Shown here: positions 63,180 to 64,000 of the stretch, one piece after another
How the letters are laid out: each line of letters opens with the position of its first letter
Numbering within the stretch: position 1 is the first letter of the stretch
Assembly (NCBI RefSeq): GCF_009834535.1
Contig: NC_045697.1
Span: 108,254,001 to 108,318,000, forward strand
DNA: 64,000 nucleotides
Reading direction: 5' to 3'
Source: Camelus ferus
Taxonomy: Eukaryota
The notes under the pieces: model-generated
Databases searched by the model: none
Seen by the model: only the letters and a program-made list of their open reading frames with translations
Told to the model about the DNA's origin: nothing
Translations under genes and position numbers: made by a program

Positions 63180-63560
63180 CTTAGGCCGGACCTCGGGGAC
63201 ACAGCGGCCAGCGCCGTGGAGACAGACCCTCTACCCAAGGACCTCCCGGCCCAGAGGGGCGGTCTCGCATTTAGTAAGACAAGCGCGCTCAGCTGTGCGC
63301 AGGGACGACTCTAAGCGCATGTGACGGGCTCCTGACGCGGCCCAGGGTCGGGTCTGGGGAGGTGTGACGCAATCCAGACTCCTCATACCTTCCCCTCTTA
63401 GATTTCCCACAAAGATGTCAGCGCCATAGGCATTCTGCCCTTTCCAGCGAAGTCAGCCACGTGTCCCTCTATTCCGGTTATGCCGGTGGGAAGGAGCCAA
63501 TAGTGACTACTTGACAGGTATGAGGTTTCTCCTCGAGCCGAGTGTGTTATTACATCACGA
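63180..63560. promoter_or_regulatory. CpG-enriched candidate regulatory element
   Basis: Many CpGs. TGACGCAAT 63365, CACGTG 63458, CCAAT 63497. Confidence 0.4.
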
Positions 63561-63871
63561 AATCCCTGCGCACTGTATGTGCTTGATGGTGCGAGTTCCC
63601 TGACATCCCCTCACTTTCCGTTTCCTTGCTCCGCTGTCATTGCTGAGTGAGGTGGGATTGCTCCTTGTTCTTTTCATAAAAACCTGTAAGGTGTCTCGTG
63701 AAATTTCATTTATGCATTCATTCGTCAGTTCGTGCCCATCAGAAACTTCCAAGTTCCAGACACAGCGTGGGTGCCAGGGATGCACTCAGGGGAAAGGCAG
63801 GTGTGTGTCTGCTTCCTGGGGTTTATAGCAGCTCTCAACCTTGGCTGTGCACACTGATACCTAAGGAACTT

Positions 63872-64000
63872 TTTGGCGATTAGCACGCACACGTTACTAT
63901 ATATAAAATAATAAATAACAAGGACCTACTGTATAGCACAGGGAACTATATTCAGTTTCTTATAATAACATATAATGGAAAAGAATCTGAAAAGAAAATA
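63872..64000 (+). mobile_element. Lineage L1 3' end, running off the window
   Basis: 'acaaggacctactgtatagcacagggaactatattcag...taatggaaaagaatctgaaaa'. Confidence 0.88.

Noticed and set aside
63205..63228. REST/RE1-like motif CCAGCGCCGTGGAGACAG
   Set aside because: Too many mismatches in the right half-site compared with TCAGCACCnnGGACAG.
1..64000. Protein-coding genes from the ORF track (longest 150-191 aa, e.g. 13384-13959, 19505-20047, 53977-54522, 57911-58447, 61200-61727)
   Set aside because: No recognisable domains. They overlap LTR, L1, L2 or MIR remnants, often use non-ATG starts, and have lengths expected by chance. Small spliced exons cannot be excluded by eye.
1..64000. A previously undescribed biological system
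   Set aside because: Everything I can resolve is explained by known mammalian transposon classes, retro-insertions and candidate cis-regulatory DNA. I found no novel array, gene cluster or coding module.

Overview
This is 64 kb of mammalian, apparently non-coding (intergenic or intronic) DNA. It is almost certainly from a camelid, because it carries seven copies of a tRNA-Ala(AGC)-derived SINE matching the Camelidae Vic-1 family and none of the ruminant, pig or primate SINEs I could recognise. No protein-coding gene is supported. The ORF-track hits are short and compositionally random, or are broken LINE-1 ORF2 pieces. Much of the window is transposon debris: L2, MIR, old L1M/HAL1-like elements, younger lineage L1 3' ends, MaLR (MLT1) LTRs, ERV1/ERVL solo LTRs and hAT MITEs. 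Several repeat-free, CpG-enriched, motif-dense blocks look like candidate enhancers or promoters. The most notable observations are: an ~80-bp HNRNPA1-like 3'UTR retro-fragment inside an L1; a twin-priming 5'-inverted L1; a three-layer MLT1/ERV-LTR/L1 nest; a diverged local ~390-bp duplication with a SINE in only one copy; a SINE copy that folds as a complete tRNA cloverleaf lacking the G3:U70 alanine identity pair; and CTCF motifs in a CpG island and in an LTR41-like element. I see no evidence for a genuinely new biological system. Repeat family names come from recalled consensus sequences, not from a RepeatMasker run, and boundaries of old elements are approximate.
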